DNA of 64,000 bases from Chlorokybus atmophyticus (taxonomy: Eukaryota > Plantae > Mesostigma and Chlorokybus algae), in the NCBI GenBank assembly GCA_009103225.1, contig RHPI01000385.1, positions 705,479 through 769,478 on the forward strand, given 5' to 3'. The notes beneath the pieces were generated by a model. It was given only the letters and a program-made list of their open reading frames with translations, did not search any database and was not told the DNA's origin. This document shows positions 1-16,054 of this stretch, one piece after another (positions within the stretch are counted from its first letter, which is position 1; each line of letters opens with the position of its first letter). The position numbers were made by a program, and so were the translations under genes.

Positions 1-1210
1 ATACTCTGCATGATCAGTGCAATTGTGAAAACCGTAGAGACACTGGTAAGTCTTGTAGCGTATGTTGCATGTTGGGAACGCACCTGTCCTACCGTTCTTC
101 TGAGACTTTGCTGTGCAGCTGAAGGCACATTTTATTCTGCTCGTGTACGGGTCCATGTGCGCGAAGCTGAGCCAGAGAAAGCGTAAGGTTGGCGACACTG
201 AAGGTGAGCAAATGTCACTGAGGCTACGGTGCTGTAGTCCTGTCAGTGCCAACATGCCTACAGCTACCTATGAAGTTGATACAACCAACGTGACTGCAAC
301 ACAGGTTCAGGTGGGCTTCGCACTGACGAAACAGATTCAGAAGATCAACGCGCACAGGGCAGTTGTTCTACACCAACCATGCGAAACCAAAGGTGCTGTT
401 CTGTGTTAGCTCTGTTGCAAGGGTGTCATACCGATCAGACGTTGACCGTTTGTGAAAGGGTTGCGCTGTTGGGGACTGCCAGCTGCTTTGGTGCATGCAC
501 AAAGTAACGGACGTCATACGAGTCGTAATAGTACTCACACATGCTTGCGGCTGCGTTGCATGCTTGCACTGCGGACGCATGCACTTTGGTTTGCAGTAAC
601 CAAACAGTGTCTGCACATGACAGGGATGCCAGAGATCAAGCTGGCGCCACTGGACAGATGGCTTGCAGGATAGAGAAGCCTTCTGAGGTTTGAGACGAAC
701 ATGCTGCACTGAAAATGCAAGATAGGGATGCAGACCTGATATTGTGTGACACTTGTGGCAGACGTGCCCTTACTACACCGTGCACGTCCCTGCTTTGGGA
801 TACGGTAGCGAACAAATAAGCATCATCGCTTACGGCAACGGTCGCATCTCGGTTAAAGCGGAAGGTGATGCCCACAGTTCTTTGCAGCCAGGCTTCACAT
901 TGAATGCAGAGTTGCCTGGACCAATTGATGTTACAAGCGGCCTAGCAGGTATGTATGCAGTGGCTGCCTTAGTCTATGCAAAACTCCTATCTGGTGTTGT
1001 TACTTGCTGCAAAGGCAAGCACACTTCCGCTTCCACCTTGTACAACCCAGCGCTTCTTACACAGAGCTCTGGCGAGGTTACCTAGTCGTCAAGTTCATGC
1101 CAAGGGAATCAAAGAGCGAGTTGCCCAAGTTCAAAGACAGCTGGTGGCATTCCCACTTTCTGGTCAGAGCGGTGAGCAGCTGTCCAAGAATATTCGTGCT
1201 AAGAGCTTGA
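1..1210 (+). CDS. 3' part of a spliced gene ending in an alpha-crystallin/HSP20-like domain (5' end lies outside the window or is unresolved)
   Basis: Exons 762-948 and 1065-1210 join in frame (G|gtatgt...cag|AG). They give YTVHVPALGYGSEQISIIAYGNGRISVKAEG...FTLNAELPGPIDVTSGLA-ELWRGYLVVKFMPR, which follows the ACD beta-strand pattern. Upstream exons at about 118-310 could not be linked cleanly. Confidence 0.5.
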
Positions 1211-1998
1211 AACAATGATCTGACTGGTTATACCATTGCGTCTGTCAACACAGGAGATTATACCTACTGTTAAGCAGAAAAGCACGAGCAACAGTTGATC
1301 GTTTGCACCACGTTTGCTGTTGGTGCGATTCACAGCACGTATCACGGCGCAGAGGGCGTGACTCGGTTATCCAATTTGACATTTCGTGTGCAAGTCAACT
1401 GCGCTCCTGGTGGCTGTAAGCAGACAATAAAGCAATAGCCGTAAGTAGATAACACGACTTCCAGCTTTGACGATCTTAGCAGCAAAGCGTTTGGTGGCTG
1501 TGAATACCTCTGCCAGCGGATGATGACTCCTCACGCGGTCGGGCGACATCCTGCAAGCACTGTTCTGCCTATGGAGTTTTGAGAGACAGCGTGGCTGCAT
1601 GGTCGCGCACTGGACACTTTGGGTCTTAATATATGCACTCAACGAGAACAACTGGCTGGTTGGGGTCACCACGCAATCCAGTGACCATGTGCCATCGTTG
1701 CATAGATTTTTTGGGTAAACAATCAGCGAGCCAAAGCGACAGATTGAGCAAGTCGTATGAAAGAAAATGCTTCCAAGCTAGTTACCCGGTTGACAGTAAA
1801 CCTCAAAACCTGGGTCTTGGCCAATGCAACTATGCCAGACGACGTGCGTGGTGCTCAGTACCTGCTTGTGGAGTTGGAACTGATGCAATTGCAAGCTTGA
1901 GATCATGCATCTGTACGACAGGTTGCAGTGTACACTGTGTTGCATGCAGCAGGTGCGGAGTGTACGTCAGTGCCGCCATAGAGCGAGTCATAGAGTGG

Positions 1999-6363
<4,365 letters not shown>

Positions 6364-6692
6364 GCTACACACCCACGCACACCTCGCACGCCTCCGTTGC
6401 CTCCTCCGCCGCCTTCGTTGACGCCTCGAGCACTATGCCACGTGTCAACTCATGCTCAAAAGTTGCTGCTATGCAACTTGGCTAACTAACGGGTATTTCG
6501 CCGTCAACTTGACCGCATTGGCAGCCAAATTTGCGCAGTTGAGAATCGTCCCAAAATCCACAGTCGAGAGAAGTTAGCCAAGAAATCTTAACTGCAAACA
6601 GTCCAGCTGGCACTGCCTGTGCTGACTGTGTGGCGGCGGCGGTGGCGGCAGGCTAGAGCAGCTGCTGCCTGGTGGAAGCTTGAGGTTCTGGT

Positions 6693-9239
6693 ATGGCAGC
6701 TGACGGCGAAGGTGAGCTTCTCGTTGCATGTTGTTCTGTTACAAGCATTCACACGTCAGCGTAGCCACGCTGCTGAGCGCTGCATTGAGCAGAGCTGGCA
6801 GCCTGGGGTTGTTCGCGACAATGCGCTAAGCCCCGGACAGACAGTGTGGACTTGCCTCTTGTCAGGCATTGGGATTGTTGTGGTGCGTGACGGCGACACG
6901 CTGTGGGGTTTGAGCGAGCGCCTCGACGTGGAAGTGGATGCTCTCAGGACTGCCAACAAGCTCGAGGACGACTTGCTCCAGCCCGGGAAAGTGCTTCTGG
7001 TAAATGCGTCCGTCAAACGACAGCATAATCGACGCCTGACGCACGTGAAGTTGCATGGCGCATTGCATGGTGTCTTTGAGACATTGCACAATGCTTGCAT
7101 TATACATGCGCATGTAGCTGGCAAGCCACGCGCATGCAGTGCACCTGAATGTGTGAAAGGTCACCGATTGCCTCTAGGCTGACTGAAGTGATGTAAGCAC
7201 ACATGCCTTNNNNNNNNNNNNNNNNNNNNNNNNNNNNNNNNNNNNNNNNNNNNNNNNNNNNNNNNNNNNNNNNNNNNNNNNNNNNNNNNNNNNNNNNNNN
7301 NNNNNNNNNNNNNNNNNNNNNNNNNNNNNNNNNNNNNNNNNNNNNNNNNNNNNNNNNNNNNNNNNNNNNNNNNNNNNNNNNNNNNNNNNNNNNNNNNNNN
7401 NNNNNNCCCCCCTGCGCTGCCGGCAAAAACAAGCGACAATGAAACACAACCACACATCCTGTGCATGCCTAGCTTTATGTGTGCTCTTGTAATGAAGCCA
7501 ATTTCAGCACCGCATGCATGCACTTGCAACACTTTTTATAGAATCTTCTAGTTGGGGCGTTATATCTGCACAAAGTCAGTTCTGTCTCGCTTTGTGAACT
7601 GGTTCAGTCATGTGGGCATATGCAGGTGCCTCCGGCCACCAAGACGGTGACAGTGGAGGAAGGCGACAGCCTTTCTGTCATCGCGGAGAGGTTTGGAGTC
7701 ACAGCGGCAGCCGTTCAGAGCGCTAATAAGATTCTGGTGGGTTGACGAAACAGTCATGTCAACTGAACAAGCCAAGGCAATGCCATCCATGCTGACAGTT
7801 ATCTTGGGGGAGGCAAACATGCTAAGGACAGACTGAATGCACAATGGGCGCGGAGCATTTACTTATCTGATTGATTATCTGTTTAACAACATCTTCATCA
7901 TGCAAGTAGGCAGGCCACATCTGCACATGAGTCATCGCGGGCCTTGTTAAAGGTTATACTCAGGGCTCAATGCTTAAACAATAAGTTCCCTGACACATTG
8001 CTCAACTATCTGATCTGTGACGTCGCTGCATGTGCGCGTGCACGCTGCAGGATCCCAACACTGTGTATGCCGGCGATGTACTGCGCATCCCATTGCCACC
8101 AAAGACTGCAGTGCTGAAGCCGGTAGGAGTGCAGAAGGGTAGCAGGTTGTCTTCACTAGTCAAGGTGATGGTGGTGGTTCAGCACTGCCACGTGCGTAAT
8201 TAGCAAGCCTGCGGTGGTCACCAATTGCCTGTGAATGACCTCTCTGGTCCACTGCAGGAGGTCAATGAAGACCACCTACGCACAGATTGGTGGAGTCGCG
8301 CCTCCACGAGTGACATAGACAAGTATCGCGAGGAGCATCGCGAGCTGCTCAAGGCCCTGCGATACATTGAGACATCAAACATCTATCCTGCTCCTGATGG
8401 TGATGATGGGTTCAGCATAGGGCCACTACAAATAAGGTGTGCGCCTTGCACGTATATGCACTCCAGCGTCTCTGTTGCTTGCAGAACATTCTGCACTTCT
8501 ATTAGCAGACTGTTGTTGGCATAGGAATAATGCCTTCCCCAATGTTGGTGTAGTGACACTGGGTACTCCCAGTGGCAATGTCGTCATTGGGGTCCAGTAA
8601 CAAAAGCGTCGAACAGAGTAGAAAGCACTGACATGCTTGGTGTGAAACTTCGTGCAGCAATGACTACCACACTGATGCTTGGGACAGCGCGGATCCTGCC
8701 GGCACCAGTTATCAGTATCAACAGGTTCACAACCTAGTGCTTTGCGTCAGATCTGCTGCTGCTTGTTGTGTATGACTCACCAATACTGTTTTAACTAGGT
8801 GCACGAAGTTGAGCATGCAGAAAGAACAGTCATTAGGTACTGGCTGCGATACTGTCCAATGGCTCTTGAGTTTGGAGACTACGAAACCCTTGCGCGCACG
8901 CATAATGGAGGGCCAGACTTCTGGCGAGCGGTGAAAACAAACACCTACTGGTACTATCGTGGTCTTCTATGTGTGCATGCGAAGCGTTTGAGACAAGCCC
9001 CCTGGTGCGAAATGCGCGCTGTGTTGGCTGACTTTACATATGTTCGCTTTGGCAGGCGCAAAGTGCACGGGACAATGAATCCCTTCATTAAACAAAAGCG
9101 CTTTGTGGACGAGCATGATTCATCAAGGATATTCTTCAAATTTGACATACAAAGATTGCCTTTCTTCAGCCGCGATGAAGAAGAGGAAGAGACATCAGGC
9201 AGGGACAGTAAGGCAAACGGCAAAGATACCAAACAATAA
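6693..9239 (+). CDS. Protein with two LysM domains plus a lysozyme-like (i-type/destabilase-like) domain, about 310 aa, no evident signal or transit peptide
   Basis: Spliced model: MAADGE|GIGIVVVRDGDTLWGLSERLDVEVDALRTANKLEDDLLQPGKVLL|VPPATKTVTVEEGDSLSVIAERFGVTAAAVQSANKIL|DPNTVYAGDVLRIP (2 LysM). It continues ELLKALRYIETSNIYPAPDGDDGFSIGPLQIS|NDYHTDAW...|EHAERTVIRYWLRYCP..GDYETLARTHNGGPDFW..TNTYW|RKV. All junctions are in phase and GT-AG. Confidence 0.85.
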
Positions 9240-9385
9240 GGAGAATGCATGCTATGCTTGGCTTCACAATGCCAGTGCTCAGGTTAGTATTGGTGGTAGT
9301 GTATTTCTAAACACTGATGATATTACATACTTCAATTGCTTCTATTTGACCACTTATCCAGGCACTTAACTCAACAACAGTGCGC

Positions 9386-12300
9386 TCAGTGTGTTGTGCT
9401 GTCTGGGAGATCGGCAATAACATGCGCCATGATAGCAATGACCGCTGCACACCTGGCAATCTCTGTTGCATTCAACTTGTCTGGCGTGTCTGCATTGGTG
9501 TGGTGGTACCTGGCACAAGTGAAACAATCTTGTCAGAGGTATCAAGCGACTGTGAGAGCATATCAATGTGGACAATCATGACCATGCGCACGCACCAGAA
9601 GTATCGTGTTGCGTTGGTGTACAGCTCCAGCCCGGGAGTGCCTTGCGTCTCATACAGCGGCTCAATGTCCGTGCCACTGAACGGGATGCTGACCAGACTG
9701 TCCGCTGCTATCTGCGCCAGCAATGTGGAGGCAACGGCACGTACGTGCGCAAGCATCTCAGAAGAAATGTGGCTGTTCACGTAGTAGCCAAGTGGTAAGA
9801 AAGCGCCGGAGTCCGACTCGATGGCTAGCGTGTGCCGCTCGTTCCTATGCACATCAGCATAAACAGCACCGCCCAAAACACCGTTGCCCCCGCCCTGTTT
9901 AACAGCGTGACAGTCAACAACCACTGCATAGGACACTTCACTGTTCCAATTGCAATATCAGGTCCAAACCTGCTCCTCGTTAACAAAAGCCACAGCTCGC
10001 ACAGTACGCCGCGCCCTTAGGTTCAGTGACTTCAACAGCCTGACTGCCTCCCAGCTTGCAAGCATCCCCGCACCATCATCCATGGCGCCCTGTGTACAGG
10101 ATATGTAAAGTGCTGTGTCAAGAGAGCGACCGCTGTGATCGCTTGACCCGCCATGGACACTGTGCGCTGCATGCCAACCAACAGCACAAGTGCTTACCTC
10201 GCCCACGTCCCAGCTGTCTATGTGCCCGCCAACTACAACCACTTCGTTCGGAAGGTCCGTACCGGTCACTTCACCCATAAGATTGAACGAATCCGCAGGT
10301 GGACCATCAACGCTTTCCAACTGCAGCAGCTCATGTTAACACACAACAGCCTTATCGCTATTGGCAAACCTCTGGCTGCCAACCTGTAAGTGAACAGTGA
10401 TGGCCTGTCCAGCATCCGCTATATACTGCAACAAATCTGCACAGAAGCCACGTATTTGCCGGCTGCAAAGATCACGATGCAGCGGCTAAGCAACACTGAG
10501 CAGACATGAGCAGCGAGCACCAGTATATTATCACAACTCTCAGCACAGACCTTCCAAAATCTTACATAGGAGAAGCATCAGTCAACGGCAATGCACGAAG
10601 GCAACTCACCCGCGTCTTCTGTTGTCACGCAAGCGGTGGGCACACGCGTGACGCCATCTTCGTATCTGGCATGTTACTAATGTTGGGCAGTTCATCATGA
10701 GTAACAGACATGTGGGAGTCTCAACACACCATTACGTACTGCATAGCACCCGTGTGCGGCGTGTACATCGAGAAAGGCCCTACACTCCGCACCAAGGCAG
10801 CAACCGCACCCGCCTTGGCCGCAGCGACCGCTCCACCCACACGATAAGCCACCGTCACGCCATAATTTACAAACGGAGCATTGAACAGCACGATCTGTGA
10901 CATCAAGCAATCTTTACTAAAGACAGTGCACACGTACACTGTGCCTTGCTAATGCAGCAACTTTAAGAGATGGCGACATGGCACACGGCAGCATTGCACA
11001 CTGCAATATACTACTGCAGTCTCTGCAACACACCTTTCCAACTGCTTCGGTACTCCTTGCTTCAAGCTCCTCAAAGCTGGCCACGACGAGCACATCCGCT
11101 GTCAAATTGCCGCTAATGCTGCCTCCCAAACCTAAAAACGTGACATGAGAGAAAGGTGAATGCCTGCTTCACATCCAGTTATGGCATGCAGTGCAGGGTC
11201 AGTTTCAAGCCGCACCTAGTACTTGAATGCTTTTCAGTCGTGGCGTGATGAGGTGTGCTTCCTCAATGCCTCTCTGCCAGTTGCTGATACCAGCCACGGG
11301 CTCCTTGTGCACATTGTCCAACCCGTCTTCTGCCATGCGATCATGAACCTACCAAGGCAATGTTGAATCTGCTCACTTGCAGTATTTGAAACTACATGAC
11401 AAGATGGCTTGTGTACAAGCGCACAAGTTACCCAGTCTATGGCAGCTTCCAGCCTGTCGCTGCCGCTGTAACGGTTGCCAAATGTAGCACACAACGTCTC
11501 GAGTTTTCCAAACGTCTTGCAAGCATTGTCATCCGCTGTCTCAATAATCTGTTGGATCCATGCCTCACGGTCAACAAAGCACTGCGCATGCAACTGAGGT
11601 GCACGCGAGGTGACCCAAGCCGTGCATATAGCAAACAGTTGCACAGTAATTGGCAGCATCCCAACCTTAGCAGCTTGCTTTGAATACTTCGCGTGCATTC
11701 GACCATCAAAGTAAGGGTTCCTGGACAGAAACATACTCAGACAAGGACGCAAGCGATATGCAGCATAGAGACACCCCCGTGCAGCTCACAACCTTGTGTG
11801 TGACTGGTTGAGAGGATGCGAGCAGTCTCGATGGTGTCCCCTCGCTATGAGGCCAATCAGCAAGCCGGCTATAAGTAGGAAGCTGACACCAAGCGAAGCA
11901 AAGAGGCACTTGTTGCATTGCTGAAGACGGTAGTGTGCGCTGCGAGTGCGGTGCAACAGAGGCACCACACCCTCGTCCTTTGAGTAGTCCTCGTCCTCTT
12001 CCTCCACCTCCTCGATGGCGGAACCTAACACGCAAGCATGACTGTACTGGCGCTGGCCACATTATGCTAGCATGCATGCAGTAACTACATGCACAAGACT
12101 GCAAGCCCATCAAAGCGAAGCTTTGAATGCGGGCAAAAGTGTGCATGCAAAGGCTGCGTTCACGCAGCAAGCACAGGGCGGCTTGCATGCCGTGTGTTTC
12201 AATGACGAGATTGCTTTCGGCAGAGCTGGCTTCGGACGCAGCAAATCTCCATGTATGGCTGTTGTACTGACTTATGTGCATTGGCTGAGAGCCTCGTAGG

Positions 12301-12600
12301 CATAGCTAGGCTTACACGAAGCTTGCCAGAGGCTTGGAATACAAGCTCAGCTTGCAAGAAACATTGAGCGGTTGCAGCGCAATTCACCATCAGAACAGCA
12401 CCAGGCAGCTGAGCCAATGTGTGCATACCGTGGCGGAGCAGAGGCTTGCTGCTGAAGTGCACGGGAGAGGGGGCGGCAGCAGCAGGCGCAGTGGGCGTGG
12501 CGGCCGCAGAAGCGCCGGCGGGCGGCAGCTCCAGCTCGTCGAGGGCGTCCTGGTAGAAGTCGCTGCCCTGGCTGTCCTGCGGCCTCAAGGGCGGCACCAT
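9386..12600 (-). CDS. CPQ: Carboxypeptidase Q-like M28 metallopeptidase with an N-terminal type II transmembrane anchor
   Basis: Motifs FGNRYSGSDRLEAAIDW, AAKAGAVAALVRSVGPFSMYTPHTG, EVVVVGGHIDSWDVG, GAMDDGAG, RTVRAVAFVNEE, LAIESDSG, YFW|YHHTNADT. First exon MVPPLRPQ.. (ATG 12600) splices to an acidic stretch plus a hydrophobic segment (LFASLGVSFLLIAGLLIGLIA). Confidence 0.9.
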
Positions 12601-13080
12601 GTTGAAGCCCAAATGCAATGCACGAGCTTGGGTCTAGAAGTCCATTCTCCAGCTCCTCCAGCGCCTCCCTCACCTCCTCCACCACCTCCGCCTCGCCTAA
12701 GCTCTCCGCTTCTTCCCACAGCAGGCGATAGCGCGTGATATGGCCAGGTTACACTTAGTCGGAAGACGTTGAGTATCGCAGTTACGTTTTATCAGTCGTA
12801 ATTTGTCACCACCAACAAGTGACACGTGGCAGCTAAGTGGGCTGCTGAGGTCGGCGGCGGGCGTGGCGGCTAAGCTTAAGGGTGCTGGAAGCAAGCTTTC
12901 TGGACGAAGAGGGAGGCTGTGGCTGGTGCGTGTGTGGGCGTACTGAGGAGACAGGAGGAGACAGTAGTTGCATTAGCTCAGTTGTGCTGGTCGACTGCTG
13001 GTGCTCAGGTTGACTTGAGGGAGGGTTGTGCCAAGCTCGGAGAGGCTTTGGTGTAGACCGCTTCTGCTGCTGTTGCTGCG

Positions 13081-15110
13081 ATGGCGGACGAGCTGGCGCA
13101 GAGCAGGGTGCTGTTGCCGTACTTGCAGCGGGCCGACGAGCTGCAGAAGCATGATCCCAGAATCGCTTACTACTGTGAGCACAAGCACCAGCTTCATGCT
13201 TGGCTGCATTCTGAAACTTGTGTGACATGCGTTAGGTCCATGTTATTATGCCTCATGCTTACAATAAATCTCGAAGTAGTCACATGTGGTTTCACGCCGC
13301 ATGTCATGTGAGGGACCTTGAAAGCTTCAACTTGCTTCTCTTTATAAGCATTGGTGCTGGCTGTTTGTGAGTCGTGTCCCTTGTTGAACCTGACGTGGTT
13401 GTTGTCGTCGTTCTACATGCTGTTATGTCAGCGTGGCATTCTAGTTTGTCTGCTCCTATTTTGAGCATGCGTGCATGGTTGTGTACAGGAGCATCATGCT
13501 CAAGCATGTAGTACCCTTTTGCAGGCCGGCTATACGCTATGGAGAAGGGCATGAAGATACCGAAACGCTCGAAAGCCACAAACGAATTGCTGATTGCTGT
13601 CATGAACCAACTTGAGCTGGTAAGACTCGTTGTTACTGCTTTCAAGTGTCAAGTAGGCTTCCCAGGCTTCTATGTCATCGCAAATCTTTTATAGGACAAG
13701 AAGAAGGTTCAACCTCGTGAGGACGACAACCTGCATTTGGAAGGGTTTGCTGTCAATGTGTTCACCAAGGCTGACAATCAAGACCGTGCGGGCAAAGCAG
13801 ACTTGTAAGGGAGCATGTTTGCATTGTTCTTGCAGGTCAGCTTGCTGGAATGCTTATGCGGTGCCAATGCTGTTACGCAGGAGCACAGCCAAGACATTTT
13901 ATGCTGCAAGCATCTTTTTGGAGGTGTTGCAGCAGTTTGGTCCCTTAAGTCCTGATGTAAGCATTCCTTACGCATTGTTGTGTGGCTCACAGCAATGTTG
14001 GCAAACTCAATGTAGTGCGCAATCTCCCTCTTGACGCTGCTGTAATGTGGGTTATGGGAGTGAGTTACCTCTTTGTAACTCAACAGCTAGAGCAAAAGCG
14101 CAAGTATGCCATATTCAAGGCTGCGGACATCCGCGCCGCCATCAAAGCAGGCAAAACACCCACACCAGGACCTCCTGGTGGTGAAGACGCATCAGAGGTT
14201 GGCATGCAATCCAACCTGCTTTACATTGCTGCAGACTTGCCCTAGTGCTGTCTTGCGGCCTTGTTCACAGCTGCTACGATGATGTTTAGCTCATGCGTGA
14301 GTGACTGCATTGCAGGGTGACGACCCACTGGACTTGCCAACTGTCCCATCGTCTCACTCGTCACAGCCGCCATCAGAACACACCAGCAGAAGGACTAGTT
14401 TCTCCGAGCCACCGGCACTGCCACCGCCAGCAGCCCCGAGAGCACCAACGCCGCCGCCACCTCCACCAGCAGGGAGAGCACCAATGCCGCCGGGCCCGTT
14501 TCCATTCCCTCCCGCGACCCCACCTCAAGACGACGAACTGCCTTCCATCAGACCGTCCGCTCCATTCAATGATAACGGAGAAGATGTGCACACGCATAAC
14601 ACACAACAGCCTACTCTCCGTCCGTCGACACCACCCGCACCATCTATGCCACCATCCGTGCCCCCACCGTTCATGCCACCATCATCCATAACACCGCCTC
14701 CAACAGGTCCTTCACAGTTTCCTCCAAGCTATCATCATCAAGAGCCACCCTCTTACACTGCACCAGGAGGGGGCACCTTCCGTGCTTTCCCGCCACCGAG
14801 TGGCATGTCATCAGGGTACCCGTCCATGCCACCATCATCCATGGCACCACCATCCATGCCGCCAACAATGCCACCGTTGATGCCACCGACTCGAACCACA
14901 GCGCACTATGCGTCCGCACCATCGATGCCTGCGCCATCATTGCCAGTGAAGACAGCGCTGCTGAGCGGACAGAAGCCATCACCAGCTGCCATTGCCGAGG
15001 CGCAGAAGGCCGCGCGCTTTGCGGTCAGTTCGCTCAGCTTTGATGACGTCGCTTCTGCTGTGGACTACCTGCAAAAAGCGCTGCAGCATCTCACCACTGC
15101 TGCCACGTAA
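13081..15110 (+). CDS. LIP5: LIP5/Vta1, activator of the VPS4/SKD1 ATPase (ESCRT)
   Basis: N-terminal MIT region LLPYLQRADELQKHDPRIAYYC|RLYAME..., KTFYAASIFLEVLQQFG, KYAIFKAADIR; Pro-rich linker; C-terminal AEAQKAARFAVSSLSFDDVASAVDYLQKALQHL (VSL domain). Confidence 0.93.
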
Positions 15111-16054
15111 TGAAGAGAGATGTTGCTGTTGAAGCGGCAGACTGCGTGTGTACAGCTACCCCATAATGCATGTTCTCATTTGTATGTTAGCCCCCTGTTG
15201 AGAGGCTCTGTTAGTGTGAGCAAGGGTTGCACTGTGAGGGAGTCCTCATTCGCTTGTTGCAGCCATGCAAATGCGTATTGCATGATGTTGTCACGCAATT
15301 ATTTGTTGAAGCCTTGGGTTCAGAGTACTAGGAATGGAGGTTATTGTGATGAGCCACGGTCATGTGCCTGGTAGCTGTGCAGTTCTCCACAGCACCATTT
15401 TCACAGCACACAATGGTTTCACAGGGCCAAATGCTGCTATGACAGCACTTCACATGGCGATACAGTGCAACAGAACGCAGGATGTGATGCTGTCCACGTG
15501 TGGTTCATAGCATTGCAACACTGCATAGTGATATAACGATGATGGCTGAGAACAGCAGGGCCCAGGCAGGTTCACACAGCAGCTTGCATTACACGGCAAC
15601 CAGCAGCATACAACACAACACAAGCACAAGCTTAACAAAGACTGGGTGGGTGCATGCGTCAGCGTACATTGTTGCCCACCAATGTGGCAGCCGCTTTACT
15701 ACTGGCTTCAAAGTGGTCACAGCCGAGTATCTGACTTCTCTCTCCCCAGCAGCACAAACCTTGCGATGTCAGTCTATTACTTAATCACGTACGTGTGCAC
15801 ATACACAGTGGTTTTTCCATAGAGTCAAGCATGGATATCAATGCCAATGCCATCCTGCCACGTACATGGTTAATATGTGTATTCTCATGGTCTCATGCGC
15901 CAGTTCATGCCCAAAGCCACTTCTGCTGCATGCACACGTTACAGGCTCGGCAGTGGGCGGCGGCGGCGGCGGCCAACGCCAACAATTAGTAGTTTCAGCC
16001 AAGCATAACAGTGAACACTTGTGTGCGCGAAACGAGCTCCGCTGCAGGTAGGGT

